The notes beneath the pieces were generated by a model that was not told the origin of the DNA, did no database searches, and saw only the letters and a list, made by a program, of their open reading frames with translations. Made by a program: the position numbers and the translations under genes. Below are positions 27,167-36,387 of a stretch of 64,000 nt of DNA, one piece after another (the stretch's first letter is position 1; each line of letters starts with the position of its first letter). This stretch comes from Anaerolineales bacterium (GTDB lineage: Bacteria; Chloroflexota; Anaerolineae; Anaerolineales; Villigracilaceae). Location: positions 2,279 through 66,278 of the forward strand of contig DATHTL010000139.1 in the NCBI GenBank assembly GCA_035463255.1, written 5' to 3'.

Positions 27167-28084
27167 ATGCATCGCAAAATCAAAATCGTCCTGAACCCCA
27201 TGGCAGATATGGGAAACGCCTGGCGTGTTGCACGCGACCTGCGCTCGATCACCGAACAACATGGCGGCATCGACTGGAGTGGTACGGTCTATCCGGGTCA
27301 TGCAATTGATCTGGCTCAGCAGGCTGGGGAACAGGGCTATGATATGGTGATTGCTATGGGTGGCGACGGAACCATTCATGAGGTGGTCAACGGATTGATG
27401 AGAGTTCCGGAAGAAAAACGTCCTATCCTGGGCGTAGTGCCTGTGGGTTCGGGAAATGATTTCGCACACGGCATCAACGCTTCCAAACAGCCTACAGAGG
27501 CGCTTACCCGCGCCATCAACGGCGATGCATCGACAGTGGATCTGTGCCTGATGATCGATCAAAACGGACGCAAGGAATATTTCGACAATACGCTTGGCAT
27601 TGGCTTCGGCGCGGTGGTGACCATCCGCTCGCACAAAATACCGCTCATCCGAGGCTTCCTCATGTATCTTATCTCCGTTATTCAGACCATTGTCCTCGAC
27701 CACACTCCAATCCACATGAAAATCGAAACGGATGAAGAAAAATGGGAGCAGAAGGTCGTCTATCTGGTGTTGTGTAACGGCCCACGCGAGGGCGGTGGTT
27801 TCCTCATTGCTCCGGATGCAAAAATTGATGATGGCATTATCCATTACGCGATGATCACCGATGTCGGCCGGGCGATGATGTTTCGCATTGTTCCCGAAGT
27901 GATGAAAGGCACGCATGGGCGTTTCAAACAGGTGCGCATGGGCACCTGTAAAAGATTCTCCCTCACGGCGAACCGTCCGCTGTATATCCATGCCGACGGC
28001 GAAATTTTATCGGGGCCCGGAACCGATCTTCGGCAGGTCAGTTTTGAAGTGTTACCGAATGCTCTGAAAGTTGTGAGAGGATAA
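27167..28084 (+). CDS. Diacylglycerol kinase family lipid kinase (YegS/DgkB-like)
   Basis: VLNPMA, GGDGTIHEVVNG, PVGSGNDFA, HADGE. Confidence 0.92.
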   Translation: MHRKIKIVLNPMADMGNAWRVARDLRSITEQHGGIDWSGTVYPGHAIDLAQQAGEQGYDMVIAMGGDGTIHEVVNGLMRVPEEKRPILGVVPVGSGNDFAHGINASKQPTEALTRAINGDASTVDLCLMIDQNGRKEYFDNTLGIGFGAVVTIRSHKIPLIRGFLMYLISVIQTIVLDHTPIHMKIETDEEKWEQKVVYLVLCNGPREGGGFLIAPDAKIDDGIIHYAMITDVGRAMMFRIVPEVMKGTHGRFKQVRMGTCKRFSLTANRPLYIHADGEILSGPGTDLRQVSFEVLPNALKVVRG

Positions 28085-28150
28085 ACAGGTATACACGTAT
28101 GCAAGTAGACTCGTACCGTTTACATGTTTACCTGTCTACTTGTATACTTA
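28082..28150. repeat. Inverted array of 8-nt units overlapping a promoter-like sequence
   Basis: TAAACAGG TATACACG TATGCAAG TAGAC ... GTTTACAT GTTTACCT GTCTACTT GTATAC; contains TTTACA-18-TATACT. Confidence 0.65.
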
Positions 28151-28154
28151 TCTC

Positions 28155-29771
28155 ATGCCGGACCTTTTTGATTCTCTGCTGAAACAAGATATCGGCCACC
28201 TGCGCATTATCGCGGAGCTTTGGGGGCTTGATCTGGATTCCACGGAGGCCGACGCGGCCCGGGAGGAATTGTCCGTTTCTCTGCTCGACCCGAACCTGCT
28301 CGAAGAAGTGATCGACTCGCTCTCCCCCGAAGCGGATTCTGCCATCACTGCCCTCGTCAACTCTGGAGGGCGCATTCCCTGGCCCACATTCACGCGCAAA
28401 TACGGTGAGATCCGTGAGGCCGGGGCGGGTAAACGCGACAGGGAGAAGCTATATCTGCAGCCCACATCCTCAACAGAGATCCTCTATTACCGCGGCCTTC
28501 TGGCACGCGCATTCTTTGACACAAAAAAAGGACCACAGGAGTTTGCTTATATCCCTGATGATTTACTCACGTTGATTAGCCGCAGAGACGCGGAGATCGC
28601 TGAGAAAGCCGATAGTGAAGAGGTTGAGGCCGTTCCATTAGGACGCGCTGCCTCTCCGGGCGAAAAGGGACAGGAAATTCCCGCCAACGATTTTATTTTG
28701 GACGATGCAACCACGTTGCTGGCGGCGCTTCGACTGGGCATCGAGCCGCCGTCCACGAGAGTGCCAACGAAAGTCCTTCTAGCTTTGCTGCAATCCACCA
28801 ATGTGATCAAGGGGTCTGCGCCACAGCCGGAACCAGTGAAGGTTTTTCTGGAATCGTCGCGAACAGATGCGCTGGCTTCTTTACAAAGCGCGTGGATGGA
28901 GAGTGAGTCCTTTAATGAGCTGCGGCTCATGCCCGGGATTATTTGCGAAGGTGAATGGAAAAACCAGCCGCAGGAAACACGAGAATTCCTGTTGAATCTT
29001 TTGAATGCCATCCCGGAGGGAAAATGGTGGAGCATCGCCGCGCTGATCCGCGATGTCAAACAAAAATATGCGGATTTCCAGCGTCCGGCAGGCGATTATG
29101 ACTCGTGGTTTGTCAAGCGTGAATTGGATGGCCAATATTTGCGCGGCTTCTCCAGCTGGGACCAGGTGGATGGCGCGCTGATTAAGTATTTCATCACCCA
29201 TATCCTGTACTGGTTAGGACAGGTGGATCTGTGCACCGCAGATAGTGCGACAGAGCCGACCTCTTTTCGCGTCACCAATGCTCACGCGTCAGGGAAAGAA
29301 GATAAAAGATTACACGTCTCGTCCCAGGGGTTGATCTCCGTTCCACGGCTCGCGCCACGGGTAGTGCGCTATCAGGTCTCGCGCTTCGGCGAATGGGAAG
29401 AACCGAAAGAGGATGTGTATCGCTACCGGATCTCCACGCGTTCCTTGACCAGGGCCAAAGAGCAGGGGCTGAAGGTCGAGCATCTATTGGCGCTGCTGGC
29501 GAGACATACGGATGCCGGGGCGCCGCCTTCCCTGATCAAGGCGCTCAAGCGCTGGGAAGTCAACGGCACCGAAGCAAGAGTCCAGACTCAGATCATCCTA
29601 AAGGTCAGCCGGCCTGAGGTCCTGGATGAGCTGCGCAAATCAAAAGCGGCAAAATTCCTCGGCGAGGCGCTCAGCCCGACAACGGTTATCGTGCGAAGCG
29701 GGGCCATCCAAAAAGTGATGGAAGCATTGATGGAGCTGGGTATTGTTGGTGAAACACAACTGGGAGAATAG
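28155..29771 (+). CDS. Helicase-associated domain protein (XPB-associated Helicase_C_3-like)
   Basis: C-terminal YRYRISTRSLTRAKEQG...LLALLARHT...PPSLIKALKRW. No Walker motifs. Confidence 0.7.
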   Translation: MPDLFDSLLKQDIGHLRIIAELWGLDLDSTEADAAREELSVSLLDPNLLEEVIDSLSPEADSAITALVNSGGRIPWPTFTRKYGEIREAGAGKRDREKLYLQPTSSTEILYYRGLLARAFFDTKKGPQEFAYIPDDLLTLISRRDAEIAEKADSEEVEAVPLGRAASPGEKGQEIPANDFILDDATTLLAALRLGIEPPSTRVPTKVLLALLQSTNVIKGSAPQPEPVKVFLESSRTDALASLQSAWMESESFNELRLMPGIICEGEWKNQPQETREFLLNLLNAIPEGKWWSIAALIRDVKQKYADFQRPAGDYDSWFVKRELDGQYLRGFSSWDQVDGALIKYFITHILYWLGQVDLCTADSATEPTSFRVTNAHASGKEDKRLHVSSQGLISVPRLAPRVVRYQVSRFGEWEEPKEDVYRYRISTRSLTRAKEQGLKVEHLLALLARHTDAGAPPSLIKALKRWEVNGTEARVQTQIILKVSRPEVLDELRKSKAAKFLGEALSPTTVIVRSGAIQKVMEALMELGIVGETQLGE

Positions 29772-29849
29772 GTTTTCTCTTGCGTTAAATTCAAATGCCT
29801 GATTTAATCGGCGTCCCAATCGGACGTTGTTTTTTAAATAAGGAGGCAT

Positions 29850-30689
29850 ATGGGATCACTGTCAGAGAAGGTTGCAGTCGTGACCGGCGCAAGCCGCGGT
29901 GTCGGCAAAGGGATTGCTCTGGCATTAGGCGAGGCCGGCGCGACAGTTTACGTAACCGGCCGGACAACTGAGGAAGGGACAGATATTGAGAAGCTGGGCG
30001 GAACGGTTTTCAATACGGCAGAAGAAGTAACGACAACAGGAGGGAGAGGAATTGCAGTCCACTGTGATCACCGCGATGATGCGCAGGTCGAAAAACTCTT
30101 TGAGCGTGTGAGAGAAGAGTACGGTCGATTGGATATTTTGGTGAACAATGCCTGGGGCGGATACGAGCAGATGGAACACGATGGGGAATTTACATGGCTC
30201 AAACCTTTTTGGGACCAGCCCTTCTGGCGCTGGGATGCGATGTTTGATGGCGGGGTTCGGGCTGCCTACATAGCCAGCGCCTTCGCTGCACGAATGATGG
30301 TAGAGCAGCAGAGCGGGTTGATCGTGAATATTTCCTTCTGGGCGGCGCAAAAGTACATTGCGAACGCGGCCTATGGAGCTGCCAAAGCCGCGGTCGATAA
30401 AATGACCGCGGACATGGCACATGAAGCGGAAAAGTACAATATTGCCGTGGTCTCGCTGTATCCGGGGTTGGTACGGACCGAAAGTGTGCTGCGCGCAGCC
30501 GAGTATTTCGATATGAGCAACTCGGAGTCGCCGCAGTTCACCGGCCGAGTCATCACTGCGCTGGCAAATGATCCCAATCTCATGAGCAGGACAGGAAAAG
30601 TCTGGGTGGGCGCTGCGCTGGCGAACGAATATGGCATCCAGGATATCGATGGGAAGCAGCCAAGACCCGTCACACTTGAAGAAGCTTGA
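29850..30689 (+). CDS. SDR family oxidoreductase (DHRS1-like)
   Basis: AAGGAGG RBS; TGASRGVG, LVNNAWGG, YGAAK. Confidence 0.93.
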   Translation: MGSLSEKVAVVTGASRGVGKGIALALGEAGATVYVTGRTTEEGTDIEKLGGTVFNTAEEVTTTGGRGIAVHCDHRDDAQVEKLFERVREEYGRLDILVNNAWGGYEQMEHDGEFTWLKPFWDQPFWRWDAMFDGGVRAAYIASAFAARMMVEQQSGLIVNISFWAAQKYIANAAYGAAKAAVDKMTADMAHEAEKYNIAVVSLYPGLVRTESVLRAAEYFDMSNSESPQFTGRVITALANDPNLMSRTGKVWVGAALANEYGIQDIDGKQPRPVTLEEA

Positions 30690-30692
30690 AAT

Positions 30693-30731
30693 AGGGCGAC
30701 TGTCACCGGAAATTGGTGACAGTCGCTTTTT
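30693..30731 (+). terminator. Intrinsic terminator
   Basis: GGCGACTGTCACC-GGAAATT-GGTGACAGTCGC-TTTTT. Confidence 0.8.
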
Positions 30732-30762
30732 ATCGAGTGGCTATAATAACCATAAGCTCGCT

Positions 30763-30889
30763 GGTTGAGTAGTTCCGAGCGATAGCGAGGAACATATCGA
30801 AACCAGTCATACCATGCAGAATTGTTATAAAAAGCAGGTTTGAAATGAGTGGTTTCGATACGCCCCGACAAACACGGGGCTACTCAACC
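30763..30889. repeat. Inverted doublet of the GGTTGAGTAG...TATCGAAACC repeat (copy B)
   Basis: Units at 30763-30804 and 30851-30889, 46-nt spacer. Confidence 0.85.
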
Positions 30890-30917
30890 ACCGATATCTC
30901 TACCACAGGAGTACCTC

Positions 30918-32096
30918 ATGTCCAAACTCGATTGGCTGCATCAGGAAATTGATGGCTTGAAAGAACAGGGCTTGTACAACCGCATCCGCACCATCGGCTC
31001 GGCGCAGGGCGCCTGGCTGACCGTGGACGGTAAGAACGTGCTTAACTTCTGCTCGAACAACTATCTCGGTCTGGCCAATCACCCAAAAATAGTTGAAGCC
31101 GCCAGGGAAGCCACGAAGAAATACGGCGTGGGTCCGGCCGCGGTGCGCTCGATCGCCGGCACCATGGATCTACACGTGCAGCTCGAGCAGCGGCTCGCCA
31201 AATTCAAAGGCGCCGAGGATGTCATCACGTTCCAATCGGGTTTCACAGCCAATCTTGGAACCATCTCTGCCCTTGTTGGGAAAGAGGATGTAATTTTCTC
31301 TGATCGGTTGAATCACGCCTCGATCATTGATGGATCGCGCCTTTCGGGCGCAAAAATTGTCCCGTACGAGCACAATGACCCCGGTGCGCTGGAAGATGCA
31401 ATCAAGGAACATGCTTCGAATTATCGCCGCGCCCTGATCGTTACCGACGGCGTCTTCAGCATGGACGGCGATATCGCCCCCCTCCCCGAGCTGTATGAGG
31501 TCGCGAAGAAATATGACATCCTCTTCATGGTGGACGACGCGCACGGAGAAGGCGTGCTCGGCAAAGGCGGGCGCGGTATCGTGGATCACTTTGGCCTACA
31601 CGGCAAAGTGGATATCGAGATCGGCACGATGTCCAAGGCGTTCGGCGTGGTCGGCGGGATCGTCGCAGGCGACAAGGTCATTATCGAGTGGCTGCGCCAG
31701 CGCGGACGGCCGTTCCTGTTCTCCTCGGCCGTTACCGCACCAGATGCAGCCGCCTGTCTTGCAGCGGTGGACCTGCTCGAAGAATCAACAAAGTTGGTAG
31801 ATAGACTCTGGGCGAACGCAAAATACTTCAAAGCCGAGATGAAGAAGCTCGGATTCGACACCGGTGTGAGTGAAACACCCATTACTCCGATCATGCTGGG
31901 TGAAGCGCCGCTCGCGCAACAGTTCAGTCGTGAGCTGTTCGAAGAAGGCGTCTTTGCGATGGCCATTGGGTTCCCGACAGTAGCAAAGGGCAAGGCGCGC
32001 ATCCGCGTCATGATCTCCGCCGCGCATGATAATGATGATCTGGGAAAAGGTTTGGATGCATTCCAGAAGGTGGGGAAGAAATTAGGAGTGATCTAG
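30918..32096 (+). CDS. kbl: Glycine C-acetyltransferase (Kbl/BioF family, PLP)
   Basis: [54 protein letters not shown]. Confidence 0.85.
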   Translation: MSKLDWLHQEIDGLKEQGLYNRIRTIGSAQGAWLTVDGKNVLNFCSNNYLGLANHPKIVEAAREATKKYGVGPAAVRSIAGTMDLHVQLEQRLAKFKGAEDVITFQSGFTANLGTISALVGKEDVIFSDRLNHASIIDGSRLSGAKIVPYEHNDPGALEDAIKEHASNYRRALIVTDGVFSMDGDIAPLPELYEVAKKYDILFMVDDAHGEGVLGKGGRGIVDHFGLHGKVDIEIGTMSKAFGVVGGIVAGDKVIIEWLRQRGRPFLFSSAVTAPDAAACLAAVDLLEESTKLVDRLWANAKYFKAEMKKLGFDTGVSETPITPIMLGEAPLAQQFSRELFEEGVFAMAIGFPTVAKGKARIRVMISAAHDNDDLGKGLDAFQKVGKKLGVI

Positions 32097-32120
32097 TAGG
32101 GGCGAGGTCATCTCGCCCCT
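32096..32120 (+). repeat. GTAG REP (left flank of RAYT)
   Basis: GTAGGGGCGAGGTCATCTCGCCCCT. Confidence 0.9.
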
Positions 32121-32139
32121 TTAAGGATATAGGGCAGGT

Positions 32140-32775
32140 ATGTATCTGCCCTTAGAATTTATGGCAACCAGATTTGATCCCCAAAAACATCATCGCCGAT
32201 CCATCTGCCTGAAGAATTACGATTACACGTCAGAAGGCGCTTATTACGTCACAATTGTGACACAGGGACGTGTTTGTCTGTTTGGTGAAATCATTGATGG
32301 AGAAATGCACCTGAACGAATATGGCCAGATTGTTCAGAAATGGTGGGAGGCCATGCCCGTTCATTTCCCGAACGTAACAACAGGCGCATTTATCGTCATG
32401 CCGAACCATGTCCATGGAATCATTTTTATCACCAATGAACGTAGAGGCGAGGTCATCTCGCCCCTTAACAACCCAAATCAAAATAGGATTCTTTTCAAAC
32501 AAAATATAACCATAATTAAGGGCGGGGAGACCCCGCCCCTACGTAAACCGACATTGGGACAAATTATTGCGTATTTTAAATATCAATCCACGAAAGAAAT
32601 GAATCGTGTGGATAACACCGGAACAATCACCAAATTATGGCAGCGCAATTATTACGAACATATTATCCGTAATGAACAAGAATTAAAACAAAAAACGGAT
32701 TACATTTTGGATAATCCATCTCGTTGGGAAGAGGATCAAGAAAATCCCAAGAACAAGAAAGCGCCAGGTTTTTAA
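32140..32775 (+). mobile_element. REP-associated tyrosine transposase (RAYT, Y1_Tnp/IS200-like HUH)
   Basis: HHRRSICLKNYDY, YYVTIVT, MPNHVHGI (HUH), WQRNYYEHIIRNE, YILDNP. AT-rich; REPs on both sides. Start may be 32161. Confidence 0.93.
32441..32542. repeat. Inverted pair of GTAG REPs inside the RAYT ORF
   Basis: GTAGAGGCGAGGTCATCTCGCCCCT (32441-32465) and the reverse complement of GTAGGGGCGGGGTCTCCCCGCCCTT (32518-32542). Confidence 0.9.
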
Positions 32776-32787
32776 CCTGGCGCTTTT
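32757..32787. terminator. Terminator overlapping the RAYT stop codon
   Basis: AAAGCGCCAGGTT-TTT-AACCTGGCGCTTTT. Confidence 0.75.
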
Positions 32788-32796
32788 CATTATTCA

Positions 32797-32821
32797 CAGG
32801 GCAGGAAGATCCTGCCCCTAC
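32797..32821 (-). repeat. GTAG REP (right flank of RAYT); supplies the stop codon of the peptidase gene
   Basis: Reverse strand GTAGGGGCAGGATCTTCCTGCCCTG. Confidence 0.88.
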
Positions 32822-33987
32822 TTGGCATACATATCCAAAAATTCATCCCAACCCGTTTGCAGGGCGAAATCGAGGGTGCGGTAATAGGTGTAATCTGAAT
32901 CCTTCTGCACCGCTTTGGAAATGTGATAGATCGTGATCCCGTTGGCATCTGCATAGGCATTAACGTGACGCTCATGTAACACCACCGCATCGACGGCATC
33001 CATCACCGCCTGGCTCTTCGATTTAATGTTTGCATCGCTGACCAGACGGTCCATCTCATAGGCCATATCATACAGATCCTTGTCCATGGGCGCCTGCCAG
33101 AAGGTGCGGGTTGCGGTAAAGGCCTGATCGTATTTCTTGCGGTTTTGACCTAGTCCATTTTTCAGTGCTACAGACCATTGATCCACAGCTGTGAGCAGCG
33201 CGTCGAAACGTGAGTCCACCGCCACCGCGGACCAGGTCTTATCACTGCTGGCACTCTGGCTGGTGGCGATGGCCAACTGATCGGCGCTCATGTTCGGGTT
33301 GGCAGCCAGCTGTGCGAGAACCAAGTCATATTGCACACCTTCCCATCCAACCCATTCCTGCGAATGAGTGAGCGCGGTAGCGTAACCGCGCCAGAACAAC
33401 TGCACCTCGATGGAAGCCATGTTGCAGCCATCAAACCCCACCATGTCGATAAACCCGATGGAGGGCAGCGCAGCTTTAACCTCTTCCATGTCCAGCGTAT
33501 CGCTATCTGTATCATCCTGCATGACATAGCCGGGATGCCAGTTCCAGCCGTGTCCCCAGAAATATAAGGCATAACGGTCGGCAGGATAGTTAGCTTTCGT
33601 CCAGGTGACGAAATCGATCAAGGTCTGCGGGTCACCGAAGTTCCGTTCCCCCCAATCGGCAAGCGCGTTCTCAGGTGTGGCGGTCATGCCCTGGGTCACG
33701 CGGAATAATTTGGTGGTCTGCCAGTCGCCGCGGCTGGTGTCGTAACCGGGACCTCGATCTGCCAGTGCAATAATCTGAATATTGGTGCTTGAACCTACCG
33801 CCGCGAGTTCGGATTCCATATCTTGCACCACATAATTTTCGAGATCATTATCTCCCGAGAGATAAATCATTATCGTCCATTTGGCGCGGGCAGGTGGTGT
33901 GGCAACTGACGTGCATGATAGGGTGAGTAGCAAAACAAACAGACTGATGAATACGATAAACGAGCAGGTTGTCTTTTGCATGGTCAT
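32818..33987 (-). CDS. Clostripain-family (C11) cysteine peptidase lipoprotein
   Basis: Lipobox LTLSC, WTIMIYLSGDNDLE, NFGDPQTL, FWGHG (His) and FDGCNM (Cys). Confidence 0.88.
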   Translation of the reverse strand: MTMQKTTCSFIVFISLFVLLLTLSCTSVATPPARAKWTIMIYLSGDNDLENYVVQDMESELAAVGSSTNIQIIALADRGPGYDTSRGDWQTTKLFRVTQGMTATPENALADWGERNFGDPQTLIDFVTWTKANYPADRYALYFWGHGWNWHPGYVMQDDTDSDTLDMEEVKAALPSIGFIDMVGFDGCNMASIEVQLFWRGYATALTHSQEWVGWEGVQYDLVLAQLAANPNMSADQLAIATSQSASSDKTWSAVAVDSRFDALLTAVDQWSVALKNGLGQNRKKYDQAFTATRTFWQAPMDKDLYDMAYEMDRLVSDANIKSKSQAVMDAVDAVVLHERHVNAYADANGITIYHISKAVQKDSDYTYYRTLDFALQTGWDEFLDMYAK

Positions 33988-34060
33988 TCGTTGAGACGAG
34001 TATAACAGTTCACGTTTTAAGCTCAGCGTCCTGCTTTTCTTGTATCTCTGAGAATTGCCC

Positions 34061-34101
34061 TTGACAAAAATAAATAAACGCTGTATATTTACAGTGTAAA
34101 T
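34061..34101 (+). promoter_or_regulatory. Sigma70 promoter with overlapping TetR-type operator
   Basis: TTGACA(34061)-17-TATATT(34084); perfect palindrome ATTTACA-G-TGTAAAT at 34087-34101. Confidence 0.8.
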
Positions 34102-34118
34102 TTAACTGGAGAGTTGCT

Positions 34119-34808
34119 ATGGTCAGACCCATGAAAATGAAACAAATCCCGAACCTTCAGGAAGCCATAAAGGAAACTGCCTGGAAGCAAATCGCTGAAT
34201 ATGGCGCCCCTGCCCTGTCACTGCGCGCGATTGCACGAGACTTGAACATCACGGCACCAGCTATCTATAACTACTTCCCTGACCGCGACGCGCTTGTCAC
34301 GGCACTCATCATCGATGCTTACAAGTCGTTCGGCGACTCACAACTGGAGGCCCGCGACGCCGTCCCGGAGAGCGATATTTCAGGACGAATGAAAGCCATC
34401 GGCATCGCTTATCGCGTCTGGGCGCATACATATCCGCAGCGCTATCAACTGATCTTCGGCACGCCCATCCCCGGCTATCAAGCCCCATTGATGGAAGTCT
34501 TGCCCTCCGCGGCGCGTTCCCTCAGCGCCCTCACAAGCGTTGTCGAACAACTGCGCCTCACCGGGAAATTAAACATTCAATCCTTCCCGATGGTCAAAAA
34601 GGAATATGAGCCCAGCTTTGAAATGTGGAAGAAATATGGCGGGGACGTGAATATGTTGTCCATGTCGGTGGCGATGGTCATCTGGTCGCGAGTGCATGGC
34701 ATCGTATCCCTTGAAATCGCGAACAACCTTCCGCCCTTTGGAGCAAACGGCGATGAGCTTTATTTGTTCGAGCTCAAATCCATCGCCAGTCAATTTATCA
34801 AGGAGTAA
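34119..34808 (+). CDS. TetR/AcrR transcriptional regulator (WHG-type C-terminal domain)
   Basis: LSLRAIARDLNITAPAIYNYF HTH; WSRVHGIVSLE. Confidence 0.92.
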   Translation: MVRPMKMKQIPNLQEAIKETAWKQIAEYGAPALSLRAIARDLNITAPAIYNYFPDRDALVTALIIDAYKSFGDSQLEARDAVPESDISGRMKAIGIAYRVWAHTYPQRYQLIFGTPIPGYQAPLMEVLPSAARSLSALTSVVEQLRLTGKLNIQSFPMVKKEYEPSFEMWKKYGGDVNMLSMSVAMVIWSRVHGIVSLEIANNLPPFGANGDELYLFELKSIASQFIKE

Positions 34809-34812
34809 CCTC

Positions 34813-35319
34813 ATGAGCAAAATCTTTAACGGTCGTTACACAGCAAAAACAGACCAACCTTTTGTCGTCTTTCTGATCGGCATGCGCATCAACAAATGGT
34901 GGCGCTTCGATAAGTGGATTCCCATCGCTTCGGCCATGGGTCCGATGTTGAAAACATTGTTTACAAGCCCTGAAAAGGGATTCCTGCACGCAGAGTTTTT
35001 CTGGAATTTCAATGGCCCGGTCCTGATCCAGTACTGGCGATCCTTTGAGGACCTGGAGCGGTTTGCCCGCCACCCATCGGATCCGCATCTCGGGGCGTGG
35101 AAAAAGTTCAACCAGTCCATTGGCGCGGATGGAAGTGTGGGCATCTGGCACGAAACCTACACGGTCAATCCCGATCAATTCGAAAGCGTCTATGGCAATA
35201 TGCCTCGCTTTGGTCTTGCCGCGGCAATGGAACATGTGGAAGCCGTCGGACGCCGTTACACCGCACGCAAACGATTGGATGCAAACAAAACCGGTGAGCT
35301 TGTGATGGAGACAAAGTAA
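34813..35319 (+). CDS. DUF4188 family protein (heme-dependent monooxygenase/aldoxime dehydratase-like)
   Basis: AAGGAG RBS; VVFLIGMRIN, QYWRSFEDLERFA, VGIWHETY, YGNMP. Confidence 0.85.
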   Translation: MSKIFNGRYTAKTDQPFVVFLIGMRINKWWRFDKWIPIASAMGPMLKTLFTSPEKGFLHAEFFWNFNGPVLIQYWRSFEDLERFARHPSDPHLGAWKKFNQSIGADGSVGIWHETYTVNPDQFESVYGNMPRFGLAAAMEHVEAVGRRYTARKRLDANKTGELVMETK

Positions 35320-35325
35320 GAGGTA

Positions 35326-36276
35326 ATGATGACATTCAATCATGTTGTACTGGGCACCGGCGCGATCGGTCGGGCGATTGCAGAGAAACTCGTGCGGCGC
35401 GGAGAACGTGTGCGCATGGTAAATCGTTCGGGAACGATGGATGAAATTCCGGCCGGGGTGGAAGTGGTCGCGTCAGATCTTTACGACCCGGCTAACGCTC
35501 GCGAGGTGACGCGAGGCGCAAAGGTGGTGTATCAGGCATCCCAGCCACACTACCTGGAGTGGACTAAAAAGTTCCCATTGCTGCAAAAATCCATCATCGA
35601 CGGCCTGACGGGCAGCAATGCCAAACTGGTGATCGTTGAAAATGTGTATATGTACGGAGATACGAATGGCAAGCTCATGACGGAGGATACGCCATATAAC
35701 GCCCATACCCGCAAAGGACGCGTTCGCGGCGAAATTTCCAGGGCCGCATTCGCGGCCCACGAAGAAGGACGTGTGCGCGTTACCGCGGCGCGAGGAGGCA
35801 ATTTCTTCGGACCCTGGGGCACCGACTCTACAATGGGCGCGCGCGTGTTCTATCCTTTGCTACGCGGAAAGCCGGCTCAACTCATCGGGCGCACAGATCT
35901 TCCTCATACCCATACGTATTTGAAAGACTTTGGCGCCGCTCTTGTCATCCTGGGTGAACGTGATGAAGGCGATGGACATGCCTGGCATGTGCCGAACGAT
36001 CAACCGGCCATGTCGCAAGGCGACCTGGTCCGCATGTTTGCGGAAGAGGCAGGCGTTGAGCCAACAATAAGCAGCATGGGCAAACCCATGATGGCAATTG
36101 GCGGACTCTTTATCCCGGAAGCCAGAGAAACCGTGGAAATGATGTATGAGTTTGATAAACCGTTCGTGATCGACTCGGGTAAATTCGAAAAGACCTTTGG
36201 CATGAACGCGACGCCAATTCGTGAGGCGATCAAAGAGACGGTGAAATGGTATAGAGAACATCCGGAACGAAAATAA
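35326..36276 (+). CDS. NAD-dependent epimerase/dehydratase family protein
   Basis: VLGTGAIG Rossmann fold, ENVYMYG, GNFFGP. Confidence 0.85.
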   Translation: MMTFNHVVLGTGAIGRAIAEKLVRRGERVRMVNRSGTMDEIPAGVEVVASDLYDPANAREVTRGAKVVYQASQPHYLEWTKKFPLLQKSIIDGLTGSNAKLVIVENVYMYGDTNGKLMTEDTPYNAHTRKGRVRGEISRAAFAAHEEGRVRVTAARGGNFFGPWGTDSTMGARVFYPLLRGKPAQLIGRTDLPHTHTYLKDFGAALVILGERDEGDGHAWHVPNDQPAMSQGDLVRMFAEEAGVEPTISSMGKPMMAIGGLFIPEARETVEMMYEFDKPFVIDSGKFEKTFGMNATPIREAIKETVKWYREHPERK

Positions 36277-36298
36277 CATTCTGGCAAATCAATTACCG

Positions 36299-36328
36299 AA
36301 ACGGGACAGGCAATACCTGTCCCGTTTT
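36299..36328. terminator. Intrinsic terminator
   Basis: AAACGGGACAGG-CAATA-CCTGTCCCGTTTT. Confidence 0.8.
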
Positions 36329-36387
36329 AGTTTAAGTCATGACTTTCGCCTATTCCCAACTTGCCCACATAAATGTATGATGTTTAT

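Noticed and set aside
32140-32775. IS200/IS605 element with tnpB
   Set aside because: No tnpB; the flanks are GTAG REPs and the protein has RAYT-type motifs.
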